Positions 18,945 to 28,281 of a stretch of DNA of 64,000 nucleotides are shown here, in pieces (the first letter of the stretch is position 1; each line of letters begins with the position of its first letter). Under the pieces are notes generated by a model that saw only the letters and a program-made list of their open reading frames with translations, had not been told where the DNA came from and searched no databases. The position numbers were made by a program, and so were the translations under genes. The stretch is from an uncultured Eubacteriales bacterium (lineage in GTDB: Bacteria; Bacillota; Clostridia; Oscillospirales; CAG-272), in assembly GCA_905201895.1 (NCBI GenBank), contig CAJKPX010000004.1, forward strand, positions 13,628 to 77,627, read 5' to 3'.

Positions 18945-20780
18945 TCAGTTGTTGGAGTGATCCTCGTAGTTTGCGTCATAGTAGGTTCCGTCAGCACCTG
19001 CGCCACCCTGTGCACCTGCACCGTTGGGATCGCCGCCCTGTGCGCCACCCTGTTGTGCGTAGAGCTTCTCGGAAATCTTATAGAAGGACTTTTCCACAGC
19101 CTCGGTGTCTGCCTTGATCGCCTCAACGTTGCCGCCCTTGAGCGTTTCCTTGAGCTTCTCGATCGCATTCTTCACCTCGTCGGCGTCGGCAGGATCCACC
19201 TTGTCACCCAGCTCGGTCAGCGTCTTTTCGCTCTGGAAGATGATCGACTCGGCGCGGTTCTTCACGTCAACCGCCTCCTTCATCTTCTTATCCTCCTCGG
19301 CAAACTTCTCCGCATCCTTCACTGCGCGGTCGATGTCCTCCTGGCTCATGTTGGTGGAGGAGGTGATGGTGATGTGCTGCTCCTTGCCGGTGCCCTTATC
19401 CTTTGCGGTGACGTTTACGATGCCGTTTGCGTCGATATCGAAGGTAACCTCGATCTGGGGCACGCCACGGGGAGCGGGCGTGATGCCGTCAAGGATGAAA
19501 CGACCGAGCGTGGTATTGTTGGCAGCCATCTCGCGCTCACCCTGAAGCACGTGAATTTCAACCGAGGTCTGACCGTCTGCTGCGGTGGAATAGACCTGGC
19601 TCTTTTTTACGGGAATGGTGGTATTGCGGTCGATGATGCGGTTAAATACGCCGCCCAGGGTCTCGATACCGAGCGAAAGAGGCGTGACGTCGAGCAGGAG
19701 CAGGTCCTTAACCTCGCCGCCAAGCACGCCGCCCTGAATGGCTGCGCCGATTGCAACGCACTCATCGGGGTTGATGCCCTTGAAGGGATCCTTGCCGATA
19801 AACTTCTTAACAGCCTCCTGAACGGCGGGAATACGGGTGGAACCGCCAACGAGGAGAACCTTGTCGATCTGACCAACGTTCAGTCCTGCATCTGCGAGCG
19901 CCTTCTTGGTGGGGATCATGGATCTCTCAACGAGGTCAGCCGTGATGCGGTCGAATTCCGCACGCGTCAGAGTTGCCTCAAAGTGGAGGGGTCCCTCTGC
20001 GGTTGCGGTAATAAAGGGCAGGTTGATCGAGGTGCTGGTCATGCCCGAGAGTTCGATCTTTGCCTTCTCTGCGGCATCGCGGAGTCTCTGGAGCACCATC
20101 TTGTCGCGGCGCAGGTCGATGCCATTCTCTCTTTGGAACTGCTCTGCCATCCAGTCGATCACGCGCTGGTCGAAGTCGTCACCGCCGAGGCGAGTGTCGC
20201 CGTTGGTTGCGAGAACCTCAAACACGCCGTCCGAAATCTCAAGGATCGAAACGTCGAAGGTACCGCCGCCGAGGTCGAACACCATGATCTTCTGGTTTGC
20301 TTCCTTATCCATGCCGTATGCAAGAGCTGCAGCAGTGGGCTCGTTGATAATACGCAGAACCTCAAGACCTGCGATCTTACCTGCGTCCTTGGTTGCCTGA
20401 CGCTGAGAGTCCGAGAAATATGCGGGAACCGTGATCACCGCCTGCGTAACAGAGGTGCCCAGGTAGCTTTCTGCATCAGCCTTGAGCTTCTGCAGAACCA
20501 TTGCCGAAATCTCCTGAGGCGTGTATGCCTTATTGTCGATAGTCTTTTTATAGCCCGTTCCCATCTCGCGCTTGATCGAAATGATCGTGCGGTCGGGGTT
20601 GGTGATCGCCTGTCTCTTTGCAACCTGACCAACCATTCGCTCGCCCGTCTTGGAAAATGCCACAACGGAAGGTGTGGTTCTCGCGCCCTCGGGGTTCGGA
20701 ATAACGATCGGCTCGGAGCCCTCAAATACGGCTACGCAAGAGTTTGTTGTACCCAAGTCAATACCAATGATTTTTCCCAT
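18945..20780 (-). CDS. dnaK: Molecular chaperone DnaK (Hsp70)
   Basis: [18 protein letters not shown]..., 611 aa, GGAGGA RBS. Confidence 0.96.
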   Translation of the reverse strand: MGKIIGIDLGTTNSCVAVFEGSEPIVIPNPEGARTTPSVVAFSKTGERMVGQVAKRQAITNPDRTIISIKREMGTGYKKTIDNKAYTPQEISAMVLQKLKADAESYLGTSVTQAVITVPAYFSDSQRQATKDAGKIAGLEVLRIINEPTAAALAYGMDKEANQKIMVFDLGGGTFDVSILEISDGVFEVLATNGDTRLGGDDFDQRVIDWMAEQFQRENGIDLRRDKMVLQRLRDAAEKAKIELSGMTSTSINLPFITATAEGPLHFEATLTRAEFDRITADLVERSMIPTKKALADAGLNVGQIDKVLLVGGSTRIPAVQEAVKKFIGKDPFKGINPDECVAIGAAIQGGVLGGEVKDLLLLDVTPLSLGIETLGGVFNRIIDRNTTIPVKKSQVYSTAADGQTSVEIHVLQGEREMAANNTTLGRFILDGITPAPRGVPQIEVTFDIDANGIVNVTAKDKGTGKEQHITITSSTNMSQEDIDRAVKDAEKFAEEDKKMKEAVDVKNRAESIIFQSEKTLTELGDKVDPADADEVKNAIEKLKETLKGGNVEAIKADTEAVEKSFYKISEKLYAQQGGAQGGDPNGAGAQGGAGADGTYYDANYEDHSNN

Positions 20781-20837
20781 GATTCTAAATCCTCCAAATT
20801 ATATCAAGAAATTTTTAACAGTTTGTTCTCGCCGCGA

Positions 20838-21401
20838 TCAGTTTGCAACCTTAACCATTGCATAGCGGATGACCTTGTCACCCTTGGCGTATCCCTTTTG
20901 GAACACCTCCACGATTTCGGATTCCCCGAGCGTTTCATCCTCAACGTGCATCACGGCGTTGTGCAGGTTGGGGTCAAAGGTTTTCGTTTCAATTTCGGTA
21001 ATACCCATTTTTGCAAGTGCATCCTCAAATGCCTTTGCCGTCATCTCCAGCCCTTTTTTCACAGCCTCGAGATTGTCGGAATGGCTTGCGCGCTCCAGAT
21101 TGTCGAGGATCGGCAGAATATTTGCGATGCAATCGGCATAGGCATCGGCGTAAACGCTCTCCTTCTCCTTTGCGCTTCTCTTGCGGAAATTATCGTATTC
21201 CGCCATCATGCGCAGGTATTTATCCTCGCAAGCCTTGGCAGCAGCCTCTGCCGCCTCGAGCTTTTTCGCTGCTTCGGCAAGCTCTGCCTCCAGCTTTTTC
21301 GATTTTTTCTTTTCAGCCTTTTCCGTCTTTGCGTCGGTTGCCGCGCTCTTGGCGGCGTCCTCGGGAATATCAGGCGTTGCCGTTGCTTTCATTTCCTCCA
21401 T
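20838..21401 (-). CDS. grpE: Nucleotide exchange factor GrpE
   Basis: Acidic/coiled-coil N-terminus and C-terminal ...VFQKGYAKGDKVIRYAMVKVAN. The start is ambiguous (21416, 21401 or 21392). 21401 has a GGAGGAA RBS at good spacing. Confidence 0.8.
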   Translation of the reverse strand: MEEMKATATPDIPEDAAKSAATDAKTEKAEKKKSKKLEAELAEAAKKLEAAEAAAKACEDKYLRMMAEYDNFRKRSAKEKESVYADAYADCIANILPILDNLERASHSDNLEAVKKGLEMTAKAFEDALAKMGITEIETKTFDPNLHNAVMHVEDETLGESEIVEVFQKGYAKGDKVIRYAMVKVAN

Positions 21402-22467
21402 TCGGGGTTCCTCCATTTATCTGATTGTTTGCCTGTATTATATCGGTGATATTTCCGCTGAGTCCCTCAAGGGTTGCAAGCACCTTGGCGTAATCCATAC
21501 GTCGCGGTCCAAGCACGCCGATGGCTCCAACCGTTCTGCCGTTCTGCACGATCGGCTTGAACACCAGAGCGGAATTGTTCATCACCTTCACCTCGCTCTC
21601 CGAGCCGATCACAACATTGATGCCGTCGCTTTCGGTGCGTGATGAGACGAGATTGAGTATGTCTTCCTTTTTCTCCAGCGTGCCAAGCAGCTGCTGAAGC
21701 TGCCCCACGTCGCTGTATTCTGGATATTGCAGCAGGTGGTCGATGCCGCTCACGCGCATCTCTCCCTCGTCGATCTCGCTGAGCAGCTCGTAGACGATCT
21801 TGATGACCCTTGCAATCGCGTGAGAATCCTCCCCCATCCGAGCCTCTGCCGCCATCATAATCGGAAGCGTGATCTGATCGGCGGTGAGCCCCACAAGATG
21901 CTCGTTGAGGACATTTGCAAGACGCGAAACGGTTGGCTGTGTGAGTGGCTGCTCCACATGAACGTGCTTGCTCTTAACCGCTCCCGTTGAGGTGACCGCA
22001 ACGAGGATATAATGATCGGGCTCAAGATAGATCGTTTCAAATTTGTTGATGCTCACCGACCGTGCGCGCGGCTTGATGGCGATGCCCGTGTAATTGGTCA
22101 TGCTCGACGCCAGGCGCGATGCGGCAACAAGAATCTGATCAAGCTCACCCATCTTGGCGCGAAGCAGATTGTTGATCTGCGCGATCTCGGCGGTGGTCAT
22201 GGCATAATGCTCGATGAGGGAATCAACGTAAAACCGATAGCCGAGCTCGCTGGGCACGCGGCCTGCCGAGGCGTGCGGTTGTTCAAGGTATCCCAAGTCC
22301 TCCAGCTCTGCCATTTCATTGCGGATTGTAGCAGACGAGCAGGTCAACTGCTGATTTTGCAGGATTGATTTGGAGCCAACCGGTCCGCCACCCTCGATGT
22401 GTGCTTCAACGATCGCTTTTAATATTTGTTTCTTTCGTTCGCTGAGACCGCGGTTTTCGGATGCCAT
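21370..22467 (-). CDS. hrcA: Heat-inducible transcription repressor HrcA
   Basis: Start MASENRGLSERKKQILKAIVEAHIEGGGPVGSK. First gene of the operon. CIRCE lies directly upstream. The C-terminal N/G-rich tail overlaps the grpE start. Confidence 0.9.
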   Translation of the reverse strand: MASENRGLSERKKQILKAIVEAHIEGGGPVGSKSILQNQQLTCSSATIRNEMAELEDLGYLEQPHASAGRVPSELGYRFYVDSLIEHYAMTTAEIAQINNLLRAKMGELDQILVAASRLASSMTNYTGIAIKPRARSVSINKFETIYLEPDHYILVAVTSTGAVKSKHVHVEQPLTQPTVSRLANVLNEHLVGLTADQITLPIMMAAEARMGEDSHAIARVIKIVYELLSEIDEGEMRVSGIDHLLQYPEYSDVGQLQQLLGTLEKKEDILNLVSSRTESDGINVVIGSESEVKVMNNSALVFKPIVQNGRTVGAIGVLGPRRMDYAKVLATLEGLSGNITDIIQANNQINGGTPNGGNESNGNA

Positions 22468-22502
22468 TCTCCAAATTTCTCCTTTCTTTTCTTTCTCCGA
22501 TT

Positions 22503-22529
22503 TTAGCACTCTTTTTGGTTGAGTGCTAA
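22503..22529. promoter_or_regulatory. CIRCE operator (HrcA binding site)
   Basis: Perfect TTAGCACTC-N9-GAGTGCTAA inverted repeat, 36 nt upstream of the hrcA start. Confidence 0.9.
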
Positions 22530-22539
22530 ACCATGTATA

Positions 22540-22568
22540 AATTTATCACTTTTTTAGCCTTTTGTCAA
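22540..22568 (-). promoter_or_regulatory. Sigma-A-type promoter of the hrcA-dnaK operon
   Basis: Minus strand TTGACA, 17 nt, TAAATT. The predicted TSS lies just upstream of CIRCE, the classical arrangement. Confidence 0.5.
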
Positions 22569-22670
22569 GGGTTTTGCGCAATAAACTTATGAACATTTTG
22601 TAAATATCAAGATCGAGTGCTAATTTTTTGACCTCTTTCGTCATTTCAAGACAAAAATCGGTCGATCGGC

Positions 22671-22699
22671 TTGCAAATGCGTTGATTTTCTGTTATAAT
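22671..22699 (+). promoter_or_regulatory. Sigma-A-type promoter (extended -10)
   Basis: TTGCAA, 17 nt, TATAAT with TGn. Upstream of the histidine phosphatase gene. Confidence 0.5.
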
Positions 22700-22743
22700 A
22701 TGAACAAAAGGGCGTGAAATTCCATCCAAAAGGAGTGCTTCAA

Positions 22744-23448
22744 ATGTATCTTTATATCATTCGTCACGGCGAGCCCGACTATACCACCGATACACTGACC
22801 GAGCGTGGACAGCAGCAGGCAGAGGCGGTTGGACGTCGCCTTGCAGCTGCCAAAATTGACCGCGCATTCTCCTCTCCTCTGGGGCGCGCAAGGGAGACAG
22901 CAGAGCCGACCTGCCGCCTTTTGGGTCTGGATTGCGGGATTGAGGAATGGACGCGTGAGATCGACGAGGAAACCTACGCATCCGAGCCCTACGGCACCCC
23001 GACCTCGGTCTCGCTCGTACAGAACACCTACTATCGTCAAGGGGGTGACATTAACCTCGGATACGATCGGGTGTTTGACGGACGGGTTTTTGGCAGCTCG
23101 GGCATGCAGTCGGCACTTGAGCGCATCACCGCCGACGGAAATGCCTTCCTCGAGCGTCTTGGCTACCGCGAGGAGAACGGCATTTACCGCATCCTCAATC
23201 CGAGCAACGAGCGTGTGGCGCTTTTCTGCCACGGCGCGATGGGTCGGGTGTGGATCGCCTCCCTGCTCCATATTCCGCTTCATCTGATGTGGGCGGGCTT
23301 CCGCTACACGCACACGGGCGTGACGGTTTTGGAATTCAAAAACAATGAAAACGGAGTCACCGCTCCGGCATGCCTTTGCTATTCGGATATGTCGCATCTC
23401 TACACTTACGGTCCGGATACGCTTTATAACGGTACGAAGGACATTTGA
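22744..23448 (+). CDS. Histidine phosphatase (phosphoglycerate mutase-like) family protein
   Basis: ATG at 22744 after AAAGGAG. LYIIRHGEPDY (RHG motif). A second His in ALFCHGAM. Confidence 0.75.
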   Translation: MYLYIIRHGEPDYTTDTLTERGQQQAEAVGRRLAAAKIDRAFSSPLGRARETAEPTCRLLGLDCGIEEWTREIDEETYASEPYGTPTSVSLVQNTYYRQGGDINLGYDRVFDGRVFGSSGMQSALERITADGNAFLERLGYREENGIYRILNPSNERVALFCHGAMGRVWIASLLHIPLHLMWAGFRYTHTGVTVLEFKNNENGVTAPACLCYSDMSHLYTYGPDTLYNGTKDI

Positions 23449-23463
23449 TGAAAAACAAATAAT

Positions 23464-23501
23464 GAACCCCGACAGACCTTTTTGAAAATCTGTCGGGGTT
23501 C
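23464..23501. terminator. Bidirectional intrinsic terminator
   Basis: GAACCCCGACAGA...TCTGTCGGGGTTC, a 13-bp perfect stem between convergent genes. Confidence 0.65.
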
Positions 23502-23505
23502 TGAT

Positions 23506-24177
23506 TTATCGGGACATAAATTCTTCTTTTTTGTTAAGAATTTTTTCTCTTTCTTTTTGATCCAACATATTAAATTTCATAAGTGTTCTCTTTACTTTTT
23601 TATCAGAGGTTAGTTTTTTTATTCTTCCCATTTGAATCGGATAGGTAAACAGTAGATGTAATCCGAAATCTATAAGCATGAGCTTTTTTGCAGAAGAAAT
23701 AACTTCTTTTCTATTCATTGCAAAAGCGTCGGAGCATTTACAGAGATCACCGTTGCAGGATGCTTCGAAAAACATATACGTCATTGGAACAAGATCGAAC
23801 AAATCAAATTTATCAAATGTTCCGAAAACATATTCCTGACCGCGTATACAAATAACGTCATTTTCCTTTATATCCGATATCATATACGTGCAACCTACAC
23901 GAAGGAGCATTTTATCCAACGTTGCGCACAACGCATTTCCAAGCTTTTGGGCAAGCCGATCTTTCCAATTTTGTATTTCCATATCTGAAAAAGCCGATTG
24001 ATAGTCAGGCATTTTCGGAATAACCGTCAATTCAAAGTGACTGCTTTCAACGTCTATTTCCAATAACTCAAGATTGTTTTCTTGCAAATTTGCAACGTAC
24101 TGTTTGATTCCGGATGTATCTTTGATGATTACTTCGCAATTATAAAAGCTATTCGAAAAAATCAATGATAATCTCAT
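23506..24177 (-). CDS. Hypothetical protein, low-G+C orphan
   Basis: ATG at 24177 after GAAAGGAG RBS (the track ORF start at 24357 overlaps the upstream gene). 223 aa, no TM or signal peptide, no recognisable motif. Composition is strikingly AT-rich relative to its neighbours. Confidence 0.6.
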   Translation of the reverse strand: MRLSLIFSNSFYNCEVIIKDTSGIKQYVANLQENNLELLEIDVESSHFELTVIPKMPDYQSAFSDMEIQNWKDRLAQKLGNALCATLDKMLLRVGCTYMISDIKENDVICIRGQEYVFGTFDKFDLFDLVPMTYMFFEASCNGDLCKCSDAFAMNRKEVISSAKKLMLIDFGLHLLFTYPIQMGRIKKLTSDKKVKRTLMKFNMLDQKEREKILNKKEEFMSR

Positions 24178-24253
24178 TTGAGCTCCTTTCTGTCTGACTG
24201 CCGGCTTCACCTTTGTATCAGAAAGGCACAGGGCAAAGCCATGATCGGTCGCC

Positions 24254-25042
24254 TTATTCCTCGGTGAAGCGGATCGAGTCGCCCTCATCCTCCTGCAAGA
24301 TCTGATTGAGCACCCAACGGTTCTCCGATGTTCTCGTGAACTGCCAATACTCGGCAAAGCTTGACGTCATCGTGGAGCCATCGAGCACCTCGTCGGTTTC
24401 GGTATCAACCGTGTAATCCACCATTCGCCCCTTGATATAAAACCAGACAAAATCCTGCCTATCGTCCTCGTCGTCATGGAGCGCAACGGGGATCGCCTCA
24501 ATGAGACGAATGCGTTCCAGCACGTTTCTCTGTCCTCGGATCTCCATCCAGGAAAGCTTCGTTTGAAAGGAGTCGAACAGGGACGCGGAAAGATATTGCC
24601 GCGCGGGCTGCATGTCCGATGCAGTCCACGCCCTCTGAATGGCGTAAAAGGCTTCCTTGACGCGAGATTGTATGTGCTTGTATTTCCATGCACTATCCTT
24701 TTTCTGCAGAAGCTTGAGCAGTCGTCTTGTATTTCTTGCATATCGGGAAAGACGGAAACGGAACACGATAGCAGCCGCAGAGCTGACAAGCAAAAAGATG
24801 ACAAATCCAATCACCGTGCTGATTGGGTCGGAGCGTCCCCTGCCCGTTGAATGGTGTCCCGAAGTGCCGCCTGACGAACCACCGCCGCCCGAGCCGCCCG
24901 ACGAGCCGCCTCCCGCGCGCATGCCAAGCGTTGATTGCACGGGTGTAGGCGCGTGACGTGCCTCGGTGGTTGCGCTGACGGAAAGTGTGATACACGGCAG
25001 GAGCAGGCAAACGCTCAAAAGCAGAATCCAAACGCGTTTCAT
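24254..25042 (-). CDS. Tim44-like domain-containing membrane protein
   Basis: Signal peptide, G/S-rich stretch (GGGSSGGSGGGGSSGG), a TM (VIGFVIFLLVSSAAAIVF), then a C-terminal domain of about 150 aa resembling bacterial Tim44-like proteins. Confidence 0.65.
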   Translation of the reverse strand: MKRVWILLLSVCLLLPCITLSVSATTEARHAPTPVQSTLGMRAGGGSSGGSGGGGSSGGTSGHHSTGRGRSDPISTVIGFVIFLLVSSAAAIVFRFRLSRYARNTRRLLKLLQKKDSAWKYKHIQSRVKEAFYAIQRAWTASDMQPARQYLSASLFDSFQTKLSWMEIRGQRNVLERIRLIEAIPVALHDDEDDRQDFVWFYIKGRMVDYTVDTETDEVLDGSTMTSSFAEYWQFTRTSENRWVLNQILQEDEGDSIRFTEE

Positions 25043-25078
25043 TGTGTCCCCTTTCTTTTTTCATCGCTAAACAATACC

Positions 25079-25117
25079 AAATAAGAGAGCCCGTGCGGAC
25101 TCTCTTATTTTTTTATT
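25079..25117 (-). terminator. Intrinsic terminator of the decarboxylase operon
   Basis: AATAAGAGAG...CTCTCTTATT hairpin immediately downstream of the operon's last gene. Flanked by T/A runs on both sides. Confidence 0.55.
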
Positions 25118-25123
25118 CTTCAA

Positions 25124-26521
25124 TCAAATCGCGTGCACACCAAGTGCCTTATCGGCATGCTCGGGGTCGAGATTATATTTTTTCGCCTTGCGGAACTCAA
25201 AGAATTTCTTGGAAACCTCGGGGAACAGTGCATAGGAGAGCACGTCCTCATCCTGCTCGAGATACTGTGCGATCTCACCGCGCAGCTTTTCAAGCTCGGG
25301 CTTGAGCGCATCGGCGGGACGGTAGGAGATCGGAGTCTCGTCGCCGATGATCTTCTTGACGAATGCAGGATCAATCGCAACGGGAGTCTTACCGTACTCA
25401 CCGCGCACGATGCCCTTGAATTCCTTGGTGACGGTCTTGTAGCGCTCGCCCATGATCACGTTGAACACAGCCTGCGTTCCAACGATCTGCGAGGAGGGCG
25501 TAACGAGAGGCGGATAACCGACGTCGGCACGGACGCGCGGAACCTCCTCGAGCACCTCGACGAGCTGATCCGACTTCCCTGCCTGCGCGAGCTGGCTCAT
25601 GAGGTTGGAGAGCATGCCGCCCGGAACCTGATACAGAAGCGCGTTGACGTCGACCTTGAGCGCCTTGGGGTTGAGCAGACCGTTTGCCATATACTTCTCG
25701 CGCAGAGGCGTGAAATACTTGGTGATCTTATCGAGTGCCTCGAGGCTGATGCCCGTGTCGTAGGGGGTGTCCTGCAGAGCGGCAACCATTGCCTCCGTGG
25801 GAGGCTGGGAGGTGCCCATTGCCATCGGCGAAATCGCGGTGTCGATCACGTCGACGCCTGCCTCAACCGCCTTCATCAGGGTCATGGAAGCCAGACCCGA
25901 GGTGTAGTGGGTGTGGAGCTGGATCGGAACCTTGACCGATTCCTTGAGCGTCTTGACGAGTTCATAGGCATCGTAAGGCTTGAGCAGACCTGCCATATCC
26001 TTGATGCAGATCGAATCGGCACCCATCTCCTCAAGCTGCTTTGCATACTTGGAATAATACTCGAGCGTGTAAACGGGTCCGGTGGTATAGGAGAACGCCG
26101 CCTGCACGTGTCCCTGCTCGCGCTTGGTTGCGCGGATAGCGGTCTCGAGGTTTCGGGGATCGTTGAGCGCGTCGAAGATTCGGAGAATGTCGATGCCGTT
26201 TGCAATCGACTTCTGCACGAAATACTCAACCACGTCATCGGAATAATGGCGGTAGCCGAGGATGTTCTGTCCGCGGAACAGCATTTGCAGCTTGGTGTTC
26301 TTCACACGCTCGCGGATCTTGCGCAGACGCTCCCAGGGGTCCTCATTGAGAAAGCGCATGCAGGCGTCAAAGGTAGCGCCGCCCCACGCTTCCAGAGAAT
26401 GGTAACCGATTTTATCCATCTCCTCGAGGATCGGAAGCATCTCCTCGGTGGTCATACGGGTTGCGATCAGCGACTGATGGGAGTCGCGGAGCACCGTTTC
26501 AGTAATTTTTACTTTAGACAT
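25124..26521 (-). CDS. Oxaloacetate decarboxylase alpha / transcarboxylase 5S-type carboxyltransferase subunit (no biotinyl domain)
   Basis: MSKVKITETVLRDSHQSL...EAWGGATFD HMGL-like TIM barrel typical of OadA/PycB/5S. 465 aa, so it lacks the C-terminal BCCP domain. Confidence 0.85.
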   Translation of the reverse strand: MSKVKITETVLRDSHQSLIATRMTTEEMLPILEEMDKIGYHSLEAWGGATFDACMRFLNEDPWERLRKIRERVKNTKLQMLFRGQNILGYRHYSDDVVEYFVQKSIANGIDILRIFDALNDPRNLETAIRATKREQGHVQAAFSYTTGPVYTLEYYSKYAKQLEEMGADSICIKDMAGLLKPYDAYELVKTLKESVKVPIQLHTHYTSGLASMTLMKAVEAGVDVIDTAISPMAMGTSQPPTEAMVAALQDTPYDTGISLEALDKITKYFTPLREKYMANGLLNPKALKVDVNALLYQVPGGMLSNLMSQLAQAGKSDQLVEVLEEVPRVRADVGYPPLVTPSSQIVGTQAVFNVIMGERYKTVTKEFKGIVRGEYGKTPVAIDPAFVKKIIGDETPISYRPADALKPELEKLRGEIAQYLEQDEDVLSYALFPEVSKKFFEFRKAKKYNLDPEHADKALGVHAI

Positions 26522-26556
26522 TTGATTACACTCCTATCAGAGAGAGATTTGGGTGA

Positions 26557-27744
26557 TTAGAAGCATGCGAGCAGCACGCCTGCGGCAACCGCAGAGCCGA
26601 TGACACCCGCAACGTTGGGTCCCATCGCATGCATCAGGAGGAAGTTGGTGGGATCCGCCTTCTGTCCCTCCTTCTGCGCCACGCGGGCAGCCATCGGAAC
26701 AGCCGAAACGCCGGCAGAGCCGATGAGAGGATTGATCTTACCACCGCTGAGGAAGTTCATGATCTTTGCGGTGAGCAGACCGCCCACGGTGGAGATGATA
26801 AACGCGGTCAGACCAAGCACAATGATCTTGATCGTGGACCAATCCAAAAAGTCCTTTGCCACGGCAGTTGCACCAACGCTGATGCCGAGGAAGATCGTGA
26901 CAATATTCATCAGAGCGTTCTGCGCCGTATCGGAAAGACGTCCCGTTACACCGCACACGTTGAGCAGGTTGCCGAACATCAGGCATCCGATCAGAACGAG
27001 TGCCTCGGGCACAATCAGCGCAACCACAATGGTAACCAGGATCGGGAAGATCACCTTTTCGGTCTGCGAAACAGGGCGCAGAGCCGTCATTTTGATCTTT
27101 CGCTCCTTTTCGGTGGTGAGCAGGCGCATGAAGGGCGGCTGGATCATGGGGATCAGCGCCATGTAGGAATATGCGGCAATCGCGATCGCACCGAGCAAAT
27201 GCGGAGCGAGCGTTTTGGTAACCGTGATCGCCGTGGGACCGTCCGCGCCGCCGATGATACCGATGGAGGCAGCCTCGGGACCGGTGAAGCCCAGGAAAAG
27301 TGCGCCCGAAAATGCCACGAACACGCCAAACTGTGCGCCGGCACCGATGAGCAGGCTCTTGGGGTTGGAGATCAGGGGGGTGAAATCGGTCATCGCACCG
27401 ATTCCGATGAAGATGATGCAGGGATAAAGTCCGGTTTTTACGCCGATGTAAAGCAGGTCAATGAGCCCTCCGTGACGGAGAATCTCACCGTAATTGATTT
27501 CTCCTGCCGTCATAAAATAATCGGGATGGAACATATTTCCGCCCGGAAGGTTGGTCAGAAGCATTCCGATCGCGATCGGCAACAGAAGAAGCGGCTCAAA
27601 GCCCTTGACGATTGCAAGATACACCAACACGCAAACGATCAGAAGCATCACGAGCGTTTGCCACCAGATCGCATCCAGACTGTTGATCAAACGGTAGATA
27701 CCGGTTGACTCCCAGAAATTGAGCAGACTTTGCAAAAGATCCAT
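26557..27744 (-). CDS. Sodium ion-translocating decarboxylase beta subunit (OadB/MmdB/GcdB family)
   Basis: 395-aa polytopic membrane protein with family-typical segments (...LLPIAIGMLLTNLP..., ...GGADGPT..., ...SAVPMAARV...). Confidence 0.9.
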   Translation of the reverse strand: MDLLQSLLNFWESTGIYRLINSLDAIWWQTLVMLLIVCVLVYLAIVKGFEPLLLLPIAIGMLLTNLPGGNMFHPDYFMTAGEINYGEILRHGGLIDLLYIGVKTGLYPCIIFIGIGAMTDFTPLISNPKSLLIGAGAQFGVFVAFSGALFLGFTGPEAASIGIIGGADGPTAITVTKTLAPHLLGAIAIAAYSYMALIPMIQPPFMRLLTTEKERKIKMTALRPVSQTEKVIFPILVTIVVALIVPEALVLIGCLMFGNLLNVCGVTGRLSDTAQNALMNIVTIFLGISVGATAVAKDFLDWSTIKIIVLGLTAFIISTVGGLLTAKIMNFLSGGKINPLIGSAGVSAVPMAARVAQKEGQKADPTNFLLMHAMGPNVAGVIGSAVAAGVLLACF

Positions 27745-27787
27745 GAAAGCGTATCCTTTCTATCAAATTTCAATGCACAGAAAGGAT

Positions 27788-28210
27788 TCAGTTGAGGGTA
27801 ACGAGCACTGCGTCGGTTGCAACCGATGCGCCCTGCGAGGTCTCAACCGATGCAACAACGCCGTCCTCGGGAGCGGTGATGTCGTTTTCCATCTTCATTG
27901 CCTCAAGCACGCAAACAACGTCGCCTCTCTTAACCGAGTCGCCGGGCTTGACGTTGATCTTGATGATAGTGCCGGGCATGGGAGCCTTCACGCTGATCGC
28001 ACCTGCCTTGCCTGCAGGAGCGGGAGCTGCTGCGGGAGCGGGAGCTGCTGCAGGAGCGGGAGCTGCTGCGGGAGCAGGAGCTGCTACGGGAGCGGGAGCT
28101 GCTGCTACGGGAGCGGGAGCTACATAGGTGGGAACGGGAGCGCCGCCTGCAACCTCTTCAACAACAACGTCATATACAACACCATTTACAGTTACACGAT
28201 AGTTTTTCAT
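27788..28210 (-). CDS. Biotin carboxyl carrier protein (decarboxylase gamma / 1.3S-like subunit)
   Basis: Start [10 protein letters not shown]. Long Ala/Pro linker. Biotinylation motif LEAMKMEN. Confidence 0.85.
   Translation of the reverse strand: MKNYRVTVNGVVYDVVVEEVAGGAPVPTYVAPAPVAAAPAPVAAPAPAAAPAPAAAPAPAAAPAPAGKAGAISVKAPMPGTIIKINVKPGDSVKRGDVVCVLEAMKMENDITAPEDGVVASVETSQGASVATDAVLVTLN
28014..28121. repeat. 18-nt tandem repeat (about 6 units) encoding the (APAPAA)n linker of the BCCP
   Basis: GCAGGAGCGGGAGCTGCT-like units repeated head to tail inside the CDS. Confidence 0.8.
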
Positions 28211-28281
28211 TTGATTCACCAAAAAACCTTTCTTAAATTTGAGTTTTGATTGTATTTGTTCTCGAAAATTGATTTTTGAAC

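Noticed and set aside
18957-21449. 830-aa plus-strand ORF, the longest in the track. Similar long ORFs occur at 2953-4929(+), 8247-10370(+), 16364-18106(+), 25133-26560(+), 28687-30120(+), 38245-39936(+), 57921-59312(-), 59370-60785(-), 60637-62046(-) and 62281-63219(-).
   Set aside because: All lie exactly antisense to strongly recognisable genes (dnaK/grpE, proA, the HK, prmA/dnaJ, oadA-like, the carboxyltransferase, ffh, the SBP, pheS, pheT). Their translations are low-complexity and Arg/His/Cys/Leu-rich, have no RBS and match no family. These are the usual stop-codon-poor shadow frames of a high-G+C genome.
22615-22623. A second GAGTGCTAA half-site, suggesting a second CIRCE element.
   Set aside because: The expected left arm 9 nt upstream matches TTAGCACTC at only 4 of 9 positions. 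The site also lies upstream of the hrcA -35 box, so it is probably a chance half-site.
24810-24930. A GC-rich low-complexity stretch (GGN/AGC repeats) in the Tim44-like gene.
   Set aside because: It encodes a Gly/Ser-rich linker (GGGSSGGSGGGGSSGG) between the signal peptide and the TM helix. This is a protein-level feature and not a DNA element.
28014-28121. Regular 18-nt repeats that superficially resemble a short repeat array.
   Set aside because: They lie inside the BCCP gene and encode its Ala/Pro flexible linker. There are no spacers, so this is not a CRISPR array and not an independent element.
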